A DNA stretch of 34,427 nucleotides from a virus (IMGVR_UViG_3300033143_002486:1-34427); one strand, 5' to 3'. Counted from the stretch's first letter, positions 1 to 7,888 are shown. The notes: generated from the sequence alone by a model not told the origin. Made by a program: numbers and translations.

Positions 1-50
1 GTCCATTTTCTTACCTTTGCCATATTATAGCATACTTTTAATTTTATCTC
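1..50 (+). repeat. 50-bp terminal direct repeat (copy 1); contig circularises
   Basis: 1-50 is identical to 34378-34427. Confidence 0.97.
24..32 (-). promoter_or_regulatory. Extended -10 promoter (TGCTATAAT) for the late/packaging operon; same site as 34401-34409
   Basis: Perfect TGnTATAAT upstream of AAAGG RBS and ATG, reading across the circular junction towards terS. Confidence 0.7.
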
Positions 51-62
51 TATAAACTCTAA

Positions 63-395
63 CTACACAAGAATAAACTTATATTCAGGATATTTAAACT
101 TGAACATCTTTTCTTTTATTTTAAATACATCCGTTTTCATTCCTTTTACATCTTCTACTATGTGTTTATCGTCCTGTAAGTATTTAAAATCCGCTATGTA
201 GTTTATGGCTCGTATGGTTTTACCGTTTCGCTTAAATCCCGGTTGCAGTTCAAAACTCGGCTGTAACTCTAAACGCTCTATTTTTCCTACTCTCTCTAGT
301 AGCTTAAGCTCTGTATATCGTTTAGCTTCTTTCTTACTATCGAAAGTTATGCCGTCAATTACTGTTTTTTTATTCTTGTATTTGTTGAAACGCAT
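63..395 (-). CDS. DUF1064-family putative PD-(D/E)xK nuclease
   Basis: NKYKNKKTVIDGITFDSKKEA, LELQPSFEL, YIADF and VEDVKG motifs. Confidence 0.85.
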   Translation of the reverse strand: MRFNKYKNKKTVIDGITFDSKKEAKRYTELKLLERVGKIERLELQPSFELQPGFKRNGKTIRAINYIADFKYLQDDKHIVEDVKGMKTDVFKIKEKMFKFKYPEYKFILV

Positions 396-660
396 TCCAA
401 TTCTCCTCGTTTATTTCTCTCATTTCGTCTCGCATTTCTGGTGCTGTATTGCCTAGCTCGTGTCTTATTTTATGGCATACCGTACAGTAAAGCCCTTGTA
501 AATGGTCGTCTTTATATGTGCCGTATGGGTCGTGATGGTATTCATATCCCCCATAGCCGTAACCTAAAGGGTCTCCGCAGTATTGACAACTACCCTCTGC
601 GTGTTCCCAAATCCAATCTCTGTAAGCTATAAGTTGATTTCTAGTTAGCTTGTTTTTCAT
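370..660 (-). CDS. Small HNH-type endonuclease
   Basis: CQYC...EYHH...LYCTVCH pattern. Confidence 0.65.
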   Translation of the reverse strand: MKNKLTRNQLIAYRDWIWEHAEGSCQYCGDPLGYGYGGYEYHHDPYGTYKDDHLQGLYCTVCHKIRHELGNTAPEMRDEMREINEENWNAFQQIQE

Positions 661-1097
661 TGCTTTCCTTTTAACAGTTCTGGGTTTTCGTATATGTTGC
701 CTATGATTTCATAGTCAGATATAGCTCTGGTGTACCAATCATCCTCACATTCTTTATAAACTGGCAGGGGATAAAAGCTGCCACCCGCAAATTCTACATT
801 TCTAATTTCTGTACTCTCGTAGTCTATTTGTATGGTCTCTTTATATCTAACTATATCCCCTTCAAAAATCTCAACACCGTTTTTATCTTTTAGTCCTGTG
901 TATTGCATAAGCGTAAAGTCTGTACTTTCGTATTGTCTCCAGCTCCCTTCTCCCTCTGCATTGATTTGTTCGTATTCATTTATTCCTAAGTGAATACATT
1001 CATTGTTCTGGTCGAATGTCATACTTGCTATAACTCCATTTTGTGGGTACATCCTACAAACCTCTTTGTCCCAAGCTCGAAATTTAATCTCTATCAT
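657..1097 (-). CDS. YopX-family protein (likely start ATG 1097, not 1175)
   Basis: IKFRAWDK...MQYTGLKDKNGVEIFEGDIV...IIGNIYENPELL. Confidence 0.9.
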   Translation of the reverse strand: MIEIKFRAWDKEVCRMYPQNGVIASMTFDQNNECIHLGINEYEQINAEGEGSWRQYESTDFTLMQYTGLKDKNGVEIFEGDIVRYKETIQIDYESTEIRNVEFAGGSFYPLPVYKECEDDWYTRAISDYEIIGNIYENPELLKGKQ

Positions 1098-1444
1098 TTC
1101 GTCTCCTTCCACAGTTCTGGATTTTCCCACTTGTTGCCTATGATAATAAACGGAGAAGTTAGATAGTAAAGACAATGCTCTTCTCTTTTATCATTCCAAT
1201 TTAAGTCTATACACCCCCATCTATCATTATCTTTATCCCAAAATACAATACCGTGATGTTTTAAAATATCTCCATCGCAAATATCTATTTTATTTTTGTC
1301 TTTTCTCCCTACCGCCTGTCTGAATATAAGACTATCTAAATCCACGCCCCAGTTTTTAGTTACGGCTATTTCTTCTAATGTCATCATTTTGTGGAAATAA
1401 TTTTCTCCACAAAGACTCATTACATCAAACTCAATCTTTTTCAT
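1094..1444 (-). CDS. YopX-family protein, second paralogue (likely start ATG 1444)
   Basis: RQAVGRKDKNKIDICDGDIL...IIGNKWENPEL. Confidence 0.8.
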   Translation of the reverse strand: MKKIEFDVMSLCGENYFHKMMTLEEIAVTKNWGVDLDSLIFRQAVGRKDKNKIDICDGDILKHHGIVFWDKDNDRWGCIDLNWNDKREEHCLYYLTSPFIIIGNKWENPELWKETK

Positions 1445-1577
1445 TGCTTTCCTTTTCAAGTGCTTCTATACATATCTTTACTATTTCTATCGTGTCCTTT
1501 TCGTTTAGTCTAAAACTACTTGTAACGCCCATCTTGTCCTTAAGATACTCTTCTAGCTTTTGTCTTAACTCTTCCAT
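1431..1577 (-). CDS. Small hypothetical protein (48 aa, MEELRQKLEE...), not in ORF track
   Basis: GGAGG RBS before ATG; fills the operon gap. Confidence 0.65.
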   Translation of the reverse strand: MEELRQKLEEYLKDKMGVTSSFRLNEKDTIEIVKICIEALEKESNEKD

Positions 1578-1722
1578 TGTGTCCTCCATTTTTTTATATT
1601 CTCGCAAAAGAATTCATAACTTGCTGGGCGATTAAACGCACAAGTTCCGTCTTGCATTATTATTTTCATCTGTCTTGTTATAAAGTTATATTCAATTTCT
1701 TTTATCTGTTTAGGTATTATTT

Positions 1723-1920
1723 TTATGCCAAATCCCTAGCTTTATTATAAAATCTCTCGAATTTATCACGCTCTTTTATCTCGTGTTGAAGCTGGTCTTT
1801 CAGTATTCGCAACTCATGTTGAAGCTTCTTTTTTTCGTTATACACCGCCCCCCATAAGTCGTAAAGCTTTTCTTTTGTCGTTGTTTTTAGAAATTCTTTT
1901 TTACTCATATCCTTACTCAT
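1723..1920 (-). CDS. Hypothetical coiled-coil protein
   Basis: AAAGGA RBS, operon context. Confidence 0.7.
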   Translation of the reverse strand: MSKDMSKKEFLKTTTKEKLYDLWGAVYNEKKKLQHELRILKDQLQHEIKERDKFERFYNKARDLA

Positions 1921-1922
1921 CT

Positions 1923-2267
1923 CTATCCTTTAAACTCTATCGTTTCGTGATTTATCTTTTCCAAAGTTACTATCAATCCGTCTGCGAAGTAGTCTCTCGG
2001 TTGCTCTCCTTTATCATAAAGCCTTTTTATAAAATGTGGAAATGTTTTTGGTTTAGCGAATGGGTTAAAGTGTTTGTTCAACTCCTTTAAACCGCCTATT
2101 TCTTCTACAAAAGTTATTATTTTAAAAGGCAAAGTGTTTATGCTTCCATACTTCACAATTCTTATATCTCCTAAATCAACATCTGCATAGTACATAGTTC
2201 CCAATCTGTCTAAGAAGTTAAAAGCTGACTCAAAACAATATTCTTCTAGTCTGTTTAGTGGTCGCAT
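1923..2267 (-). CDS. Hypothetical protein
   Basis: Overlaps the initiator stop; operon context. Confidence 0.7.
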   Translation of the reverse strand: MRPLNRLEEYCFESAFNFLDRLGTMYYADVDLGDIRIVKYGSINTLPFKIITFVEEIGGLKELNKHFNPFAKPKTFPHFIKRLYDKGEQPRDYFADGLIVTLEKINHETIEFKG

Positions 2268-2944
2268 GTTTCATCCCTTTTGATAGTTCCTATTTTAGTT
2301 TCGTATGTTTTAGCATTTATAGCCAAAATCTCGTCTTTAGATACTTTCACCCTAAACCAATCATCTCCCAAACTGTACTCTGGAGTTGGTACATAGTCTT
2401 TATATGCTCTTTCTTTATCCCAACTCATATATGCTTTGCTAAAGTCTTTGTATTTGTAGTTTTTGGTTTCTAGCGATAGTATAAAGTTTTCGTATCTTGT
2501 TATATTACCATCAGTTAATAAGCATTTAGATTTTAATTTTGTTTTGTATTCTTCTGAAAGATTAGAATATTGTGTTTCCTTTTTTAGTGAAAACGAAAAA
2601 GGCTTTACTTCTTCTTTCTCTTTCTCTTTCTCTTGTTCTTTCTCTTGTTCTTGCTGGTGGACACCCTCGGAGGGTATTTGTAGGGGGTCATAAATACCCA
2701 AGAAGGGTACTTTGACTTTCTCATTTTTTTGACTTTCTAAGTAACCATTGATTGATTTTTGTATAGAGTGTTTTTGAGCGTTCCAAATGTGTTTTAAAAT
2801 ATTATCTTTAAACATAACATCTTCAGCCTTTATTCTTAAAAACTGTACATCTAAAAGAGTATCTATAAACTCTAATTTTTGCTTAGTATTTAAGTCTTTA
2901 TACACATCATCAAAGGATTTGTAAAATGCAAATTGGCTTCTCAT
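2255..2944 (-). CDS. Phage replication initiator / replisome organiser (DUF6291-like N-terminus)
   Basis: FAFYKSF N-terminus, QEQEKEQEKEKE linker, internal palindromic repeats as in lambda O-type genes. Confidence 0.65.
   Translation of the reverse strand: MRSQFAFYKSFDDVYKDLNTKQKLEFIDTLLDVQFLRIKAEDVMFKDNILKHIWNAQKHSIQKSINGYLESQKNEKVKVPFLGIYDPLQIPSEGVHQQEQEKEQEKEKEKEEVKPFSFSLKKETQYSNLSEEYKTKLKSKCLLTDGNITRYENFILSLETKNYKYKDFSKAYMSWDKERAYKDYVPTPEYSLGDDWFRVKVSKDEILAINAKTYETKIGTIKRDETCDH
2663..2709. promoter_or_regulatory. Candidate origin iterons ACCC-N5-GGGT
   Basis: ACCCTCGGAGGGT at 2663-2675 and TACCCAAGAAGGGTA at 2695-2709, inside the initiator gene. Confidence 0.5.
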
Positions 2945-2945
2945 T

Positions 2946-3350
2946 TTACTGTTCCTCTGCTTTTTTTATTAGGGTGTTTATATTATCTGAGAATGAAACT
3001 AAAACATCTTTTAATATGTCTATAAATACATCTTTTTCAAATACAAGATTATTTTTTTCATATTTTAATAAATTAAGTTGAAAATCACAAAAAACATCAG
3101 CACTATTCTTTTTTATTGTTAATGCGATATCAACACTATTCTTGTTACTTTTCTTAGTATTACAACGCACACATAAGGGTCTAAGATTTAATAAATCGTT
3201 TTTACCGCCCCTAGACTTAGCAACCAGGTGGTCTATTTGCATATAGTTTGTGAGATTTACACTTTCGTTTTGTAGCCTTACTCCACACATTTGACAGCAG
3301 TTATCATAATTGAAAACTTTTTGTCTTTTTAGCTTTGATGTCGATTTCAT
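2946..3350 (-). CDS. HNH endonuclease
   Basis: CQMCG...IDHLVAKSRGG...NLRPLCVRCNTKK. Confidence 0.9.
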   Translation of the reverse strand: MKSTSKLKRQKVFNYDNCCQMCGVRLQNESVNLTNYMQIDHLVAKSRGGKNDLLNLRPLCVRCNTKKSNKNSVDIALTIKKNSADVFCDFQLNLLKYEKNNLVFEKDVFIDILKDVLVSFSDNINTLIKKAEEQ

Positions 3351-3583
3351 TTTATATCATTCAAAAAGCTAAAACCAATATCAATTTGTCTCTTTAACTC
3401 TTCAGCTTTTGATTTATTGTCTCTTTCGAGATGTAGTATGCAATGTGCTTTGGCTCTATGTAGAAGTTGTGATATTTTTGTTTTTACATTCGGAGAGTCT
3501 TTATCAAGTAGATTTGATATTTGAATAATCAAATCACTTGCAATTAATAACTTTTTCACATTTGTATCCTTGGATACCACCAT
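3347..3583 (-). CDS. Hypothetical protein, first gene after the structured leader
   Basis: ATGA overlap with the HNH gene; no obvious SD. Confidence 0.55.
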   Translation of the reverse strand: MVVSKDTNVKKLLIASDLIIQISNLLDKDSPNVKTKISQLLHRAKAHCILHLERDNKSKAEELKRQIDIGFSFLNDIK

Positions 3584-3589
3584 GAATGA

Positions 3590-3865
3590 ATTTAAATTTA
3601 AAAGTTTTGCGTAAAATCGGTGGCGGTCTTACCTTTTAGACTTAAGTAACTTCTGCCAAGAGTGCCACCACCAAGTAGAAACTTGATAGAAGTTACTTAA
3701 ACCTAAACTATATAAAAAGGGGGGGCGATTTAAATCTAAACTTGTTGCAGAATAGTATCGCCACCGTTGCCGCTTATTATATTCCGAGCGGTACGGAAAC
3801 CTCTTTTTACCAATGGTAAGTGAGCGGTTGACCTATTGAAATATGCACACAACAACAGGAACTTT
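3590..3865 (-). ncRNA. Structured cis-regulatory leader RNA (long hairpin, alternative pairings)
   Basis: Arms 3635-3660 and 3682-3707 with G-U pairs favouring the minus strand; GC-rich complementary boxes. Confidence 0.55.
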
Positions 3866-3870
3866 TGTTA

Positions 3871-3879
3871 ATTATACCA
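3871..3879 (-). promoter_or_regulatory. Extended -10 promoter TGGTATAAT for the replication operon
   Basis: Perfect TGnTATAAT in the intergenic region. Confidence 0.7.
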
Positions 3880-3887
3880 TAAAAAAC

Positions 3888-4304
3888 TTAGTTGCTGTTT
3901 AACTCCTTTTTCTTAAAAATTTCTATGATATCGTCTTCGCTCATTTCTTTTCTTAATTGAACATATATAGCCATTTCTTCGTTATCGTCAATATTTGTCA
4001 TAAATTTGTAATCAAACATATAGTTAATTACAGAGAGTAATTTTTCTCCTTTTTCTGTCATAAAAGGATACCTTGGGCTTGTACCATAACTTATATATTT
4101 ATTTTTATTTAAAATTGAAACGATAAACCAATACGAAGCATCAGTATCAAACATATCTTTAGTATTGCCTGTTTTTATAAGTAAAAGTACTTTTTTTAAT
4201 AAAGGGGGAAATAATTCTTCCATCTCTCCATAAAACAACAATTCTGTCTCATTCAAAAAATTTTGGATAAATAGTTTATCTCTCATAAGTTCTTTACTTA
4301 TCAT
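3888..4304 (-). CDS. Hypothetical protein, possible winged helix
   Basis: ISYGTSPRYPFMTEKGEKLL resembles a wHTH wing; AAGGAG RBS. Confidence 0.65.
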   Translation of the reverse strand: MISKELMRDKLFIQNFLNETELLFYGEMEELFPPLLKKVLLLIKTGNTKDMFDTDASYWFIVSILNKNKYISYGTSPRYPFMTEKGEKLLSVINYMFDYKFMTNIDDNEEMAIYVQLRKEMSEDDIIEIFKKKELNSN

Positions 4305-4536
4305 TATTTAACTCCTTTTCAAGTTGTTTTTCTGTGTACCACTTGTTACCTATTTTGTGCTTTAGGGTTTCTGGTTTTATTTCGTACTGTTCGTCAATGT
4401 GTTCTCCGCAGTCTCCTATTTCATAGCCACCTGTAAAAATTACAGGCACTTTGCCTTTGCTACGCCAATGAAAAAGTAAAAGAGCATAGTATCCTTCAAC
4501 TTCAAAATCGTTTATAGTTTCTGCTTTACTTATCAT
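4294..4536 (-). CDS. Hypothetical protein
   Basis: RBS and overlap with the downstream gene. Confidence 0.7.
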   Translation of the reverse strand: MISKAETINDFEVEGYYALLLFHWRSKGKVPVIFTGGYEIGDCGEHIDEQYEIKPETLKHKIGNKWYTEKQLEKELNNDK

Positions 4537-4539
4537 CTC

Positions 4540-4831
4540 TTACCCTTTTAAATTGTTTTGTAAATCATTTATTATTTCATTATATATCTGCCAAGCATAA
4601 GTATTTTTATCTAATATCGCCAAAACATCTAATATCGCCATCTATCGCCATCATAACCAAAACATCTATTAAGTCTTTTAGCTCCATATCGTCAAACCAA
4701 TCATAATACTCTTCGCTAATTTCTTTAAATCTCTGATACTGTTTATCATTCATTTCGATAATCTCTTCAGGATTCCATCCTCTGTAGTTAAAATCACAAA
4801 GTAATACTCCATCTACTAATCTGCATTTCAT
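4540..4831 (-). pseudogene. Hypothetical gene frameshifted by a 10-bp tandem duplication
   Basis: TATCGCCATC twice (4633-4652); removing one copy joins ORF 4607-4831 to frame 4540-4641 ending LKG*. Confidence 0.6.
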
Positions 4832-4834
4832 CTC

Positions 4835-4960
4835 TTATCCTTTTAAATCAAATTCTTTTTGCCAATCTTCAAAGGATTGGTCATAATATTCACTATCATT
4901 CATCCCCCCAGCCAAAAGGCACAAGATAATTATGACTAGCAATATAACATATTCATTCAT
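4835..4960 (-). CDS. Small membrane peptide (41 aa, MNEYVILLVIIILCLLAGG...), not in ORF track
   Basis: GAGG RBS, hydrophobic N-terminus, translational coupling. Confidence 0.6.
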   Translation of the reverse strand: MNEYVILLVIIILCLLAGGMNDSEYYDQSFEDWQKEFDLKG

Positions 4961-5094
4961 CTCGTCCTCTTTGCTCTGTTGAGCGCCGCTTCTCTAATGA
5001 ATACGGCTTTTAGAGTTTCGCTTTTCTTAGCGGCTCTTTCTATTTCTTTCATTTCTTTTGTATTGAAACGGATAGAGTATATTTTTCTTTTCAT
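4957..5094 (-). CDS. Ribbon-helix-helix DNA-binding protein (45 aa), not in ORF track
   Basis: MKRKIYSIRFNTKEMKEIERAAKKSETLKAVFIREAAL: beta strand plus two helices, CopG/Arc-like. Confidence 0.7.
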   Translation of the reverse strand: MKRKIYSIRFNTKEMKEIERAAKKSETLKAVFIREAALNRAKRTR

Positions 5095-5564
5095 TTTAGT
5101 TGTTCCTTTATGTTCTCAGCTTCTTCTTTTGTTACTTCGATAGTTAAGTCTTGTATCTTTATGATTTTTGTTTTTGGTAGTGGTCGGCAGTATTTATAAT
5201 CCATGCTGTCAACTGTATAAAAATATTTATATACAGAACTGTATGTATCAAATAATTTTTTACTCCATGTTTGTTTATCAGGGCTAAATTCACACTCTTC
5301 CCCATACTTCGGTAGCCATTTCTGTTGACCTTGTGAGGCTATGAAGTCGTAGGGGCTTATTTCTTCTTCTTCAGCTTTATCATAAAAATATCTTTTATTT
5401 TCTGTAAAACCTAATGATTTATTTTGGAAAATAAATAAATATTGTGCAAAAGTATTTTTTATTGCTTTACCACCTTTCGTCCAACATCCACCATTGGCTA
5501 TTACAATCTCTTGTATTCTTTCACTTAACTCAGGGGTTACTTCCATTTTTACATTTGTTACCAT
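5091..5564 (-). CDS. Hypothetical protein, first gene of the left operon
   Basis: AAAGGA RBS after a strong promoter. Confidence 0.75.
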   Translation of the reverse strand: MVTNVKMEVTPELSERIQEIVIANGGCWTKGGKAIKNTFAQYLFIFQNKSLGFTENKRYFYDKAEEEEISPYDFIASQGQQKWLPKYGEECEFSPDKQTWSKKLFDTYSSVYKYFYTVDSMDYKYCRPLPKTKIIKIQDLTIEVTKEEAENIKEQLK

Positions 5565-5590
5565 TTTGTATCCTTTTTTTTATATTTCAA

Positions 5591-5620
5591 ATTATAGCAT
5601 AAAAGATATACGAATGTCAA
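5591..5620 (-). promoter_or_regulatory. Strong leftward early promoter
   Basis: TTGACA (5620-5615), 18-nt spacer, TATAAT (5596-5591) with extended TG. Confidence 0.8.
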
Positions 5621-5694
5621 TACCTAACAATTACTTACATTATTATATACAGAGTGTAAAAAGAATTACGATTGTATATCTATTTTCAGGATTA

Positions 5695-5717
5695 TTTAAG
5701 TTAAAAGGTTATACAAT
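5695..5717 (+). promoter_or_regulatory. Rightward early promoter
   Basis: TTTAAG...TACAAT, Campylobacterota-style. Confidence 0.55.
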
Positions 5718-5738
5718 TACTTACAAGTTTGAGATTGA

Positions 5739-5801
5739 GCTTTTTAAAAGTCCTCCAAAACCTCCTTGAAAGTTTGTTGCATCGGGGGGCTTTTAAAGAG
5801 T
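5739..5801 (+). ncRNA. Leader hairpin with anti-SD-like CCTCCTT in the loop
   Basis: Arms 5739-5756 and 5784-5801 with G-U pairs on the plus strand. Confidence 0.5.
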
Positions 5802-5879
5802 TTATAAAGTTGTGCAAAAGAACACTTTAACCCGCAAAGTTAGAGTATCGAAACCACCGCTCCCACTTAAAGGAACGAA

Positions 5880-6095
5880 ATGAGAACACAAGATATAATT
5901 ATAGGTGAGTATTATAGACTTGCAAATAGCCCACATTATGGATATATAAAACCTATAAAAATTTTAAAAGCTAAAGACAGAAATAACCCAAAAAACTATG
6001 ATATTGTAAAATGTGAACACTCCGTCTATAAAAATGATAATTATGGTTTTATTCGTTGTTTTCGTCCAAGAGATATTATAAAGAACATATTATGA
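5880..6095 (+). CDS. Hypothetical protein
   Basis: AAAGGA RBS; first gene of the right operon. Confidence 0.7.
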   Translation: MRTQDIIIGEYYRLANSPHYGYIKPIKILKAKDRNNPKNYDIVKCEHSVYKNDNYGFIRCFRPRDIIKNIL

Positions 6096-6304
6096 AAATA
6101 GCAACACTAGAAGGTTATGGGATATGCTTAAGTGAGGTGTTCGTGATAAAGCGAAGTGAGATAGAAAGCCACTTAGCAAAGCACGCTAAAACAGCAAGTG
6201 AACTTTTAACTGCTAAAGCTAGAATCGCTATGCTTGAGCTTGAGCTTGATGATGTAAAACGCAAACATCACAAGACACTTAAAAACCTTTATAGGAGTAT
6301 ATAA
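6092..6304 (+). CDS. Hypothetical coiled-coil protein (likely start 6092)
   Basis: ATGA coupling with the upstream gene. Confidence 0.65.
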   Translation: MKIATLEGYGICLSEVFVIKRSEIESHLAKHAKTASELLTAKARIAMLELELDDVKRKHHKTLKNLYRSI

Positions 6305-6417
6305 TGAAACTTAGAACTTTAGTAACTTTAGAAAAGATAACAAAATACACTTTCTATCTTGCAGGCGTTGCTTTTTTAGGAGCAGTTATTTTAAACATTT
6401 GGGGGATATCAAAATGA
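6304..6417 (+). CDS. Small membrane peptide (37 aa, MKLRTLVTLEK...), not in ORF track
   Basis: AGGAG RBS, one hydrophobic segment, coupled on both sides. Confidence 0.6.
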   Translation: MKLRTLVTLEKITKYTFYLAGVAFLGAVILNIWGISK

Positions 6418-6737
6418 TAAGTAAAGAATTATTAAGCGAAGTACTAGGATTTACTAACCCAATAAAAGAAATAGACCCTCCTGACATTAAGGGTTGCATT
6501 TATGTTTGGTTTACAAATCAAGCAATACACGATATAAACATATACGAACTAGCTCATAAATGTAAAAAGAGAGCTTTAGAGAAAGATATATGTATAAACT
6601 CTTTTTATGACCATGACGGTTCCGCTTTTGCTTATCTATCTAGTGGAATACCTACTCTTATTCTTCCTAAAAATGGATTTAGAGCAGATACAGAAACAGA
6701 AGCAATATTTAAAGCTATTGAGTGGGTAATGAAATAA
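6414..6737 (+). CDS. Hypothetical phage protein (MISKELLSEVL...INIYELAHKCK...EAIFKA; likely start 6414)
   Basis: ATGA coupling; motif layout I recall from Campylobacterota phage proteins. Confidence 0.7.
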   Translation: MISKELLSEVLGFTNPIKEIDPPDIKGCIYVWFTNQAIHDINIYELAHKCKKRALEKDICINSFYDHDGSAFAYLSSGIPTLILPKNGFRADTETEAIFKAIEWVMK

Positions 6738-6748
6738 AAGGAAATAAG

Positions 6749-6919
6749 ATGTTAAGTAAAGAAGAATTTGAAAAGTTTTTAGACATACTAGATAAAGTAT
6801 CTGATGATTTAGATTATTATGTAGACGGCTATTATGGAAATTTGGGTCATGAAAGCGTACAAAAAATATTAAATTTTCTGATGGAACTTGGAATAATACC
6901 AGAAAACACAATTATATAA
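6749..6919 (+). CDS. Small acidic hypothetical protein (likely start 6749)
   Basis: AAAGGA RBS; flanked by a 16-bp direct repeat. Confidence 0.7.
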   Translation: MLSKEEFEKFLDILDKVSDDLDYYVDGYYGNLGHESVQKILNFLMELGIIPENTII

Positions 6920-6929
6920 AGGAAATAAG

Positions 6930-7145
6930 ATGTACTTAGAATATCCAAAGTGGGTTGACATAAACAGCGGTTTATCTAAAAATGAGCTTTTAGATATAAT
7001 TGAGATAGGTGTTTCGTGCGGTGATATTCAGTCTGCTATTGATGATTTTATTGAGGCAACCTGTGACGGTACGCCAATCTCGGACGAAGACGACAGTATG
7101 CACGAAAGCGAAGCGATAAGGAGATACACCAATGGAACAAGATGA
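6930..7145 (+). CDS. Small acidic hypothetical protein
   Basis: AAAGGA RBS. Confidence 0.65.
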   Translation: MYLEYPKWVDINSGLSKNELLDIIEIGVSCGDIQSAIDDFIEATCDGTPISDEDDSMHESEAIRRYTNGTR

Positions 7146-7213
7146 CCAACAACTACTAGAAGCTTTGTAAGGATATGAAAAAAGTCTTAAAGACGAAATG
7201 AAAGGATGTTAAA

Positions 7214-7888
7214 ATGATACATGAAAAAATACTTAAGGTAATGGAAGATATTCAATATTTGCAAAAAGATATAGAAGTTTCAACGGGAAATGGGAAATCA
7301 TACAAGGCAATTAAAGAAGCAAAGGTTACGGCTGCGGTTAGAGCTTCGTTTATTAAAAATAAAATAATTGTTTATCCAATCACGCAAGAGCATAAAAGAG
7401 ATGATACTGTAACGATAGATAAATACAAAAACGAAAGAGTGCAACGCTTAACTACCGTAGATATTACATATCGTTTTTTAGATGTAGAAAACCCCGAAAG
7501 CTATATAGATGTACCATCAAGCGGAACAGGTATTGATACGCAAGACAAAGGTGTTGGCAAAGCTATGACTTATTCTTATAAGTATCTAATGTTGAGAACA
7601 TTTGCAATACCAACAGGTGAAGACCCGGATGAAGTATCAGATGAAATATTAGATAATATGTATTCTAACCAATATAAACCACCTTCAAAGCAAACCGATA
7701 CTGACAAAAAAGAATATTGGAAAGAGTTTCAAGAAGAGTGTCAGAGACTAGAAGTTGACTCGATGGACTTCATAGCTTCGTTGGGTGTAGATAGTGCGGA
7801 TAAAAAAGCAATAGGCAGACAAATTTATAAATTCTTGCGATATAAAGAAGAGTTTATAGAGCAGTTAATGGTTTATAAAGACAGATGA
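7214..7888 (+). CDS. erf: ERF-family single-strand annealing recombinase
   Basis: GTGIDTQDKGVGKAMTYSYKYLMLRTFAIPTGEDPD signature. Confidence 0.9.
   Translation: MIHEKILKVMEDIQYLQKDIEVSTGNGKSYKAIKEAKVTAAVRASFIKNKIIVYPITQEHKRDDTVTIDKYKNERVQRLTTVDITYRFLDVENPESYIDVPSSGTGIDTQDKGVGKAMTYSYKYLMLRTFAIPTGEDPDEVSDEILDNMYSNQYKPPSKQTDTDKKEYWKEFQEECQRLEVDSMDFIASLGVDSADKKAIGRQIYKFLRYKEEFIEQLMVYKDR

Noticed and set aside
1-50. Biological terminal repeat or att site
   Set aside because: More simply an assembly overlap of a circularly permuted genome; it cuts through a gene start and no integrase is seen. Cannot be settled without reads.
674-1144. Possible diversity-generating retroelement TR/VR pair, given the BPP-1-like virion
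   Set aside because: Mismatches are not adenine-specific, the repeats are just YopX 3' ends, and no reverse transcriptase is present.
1565-1722. Small ORF (MKIIMQDGTCAFNRPAS...) filling the gap on the minus strand
   Set aside because: Plausible, but the start codon and RBS are unclear, so not called.
2611-2655. CRISPR-like or satellite repeat
   Set aside because: Low-complexity EK/EQ codon repeats; no repeat-spacer array seen anywhere in the window.
3719-3725. Poly-G tract as Campylobacter-type phase variation
   Set aside because: Only G7 and intergenic; it and the G6 runs at 5784 and 26796 lie in or beside predicted RNA stems.
3730-3865. tRNA gene
   Set aside because: Multi-stem but no T-loop (GTTCRA) or canonical cloverleaf; kept only as a structured leader.
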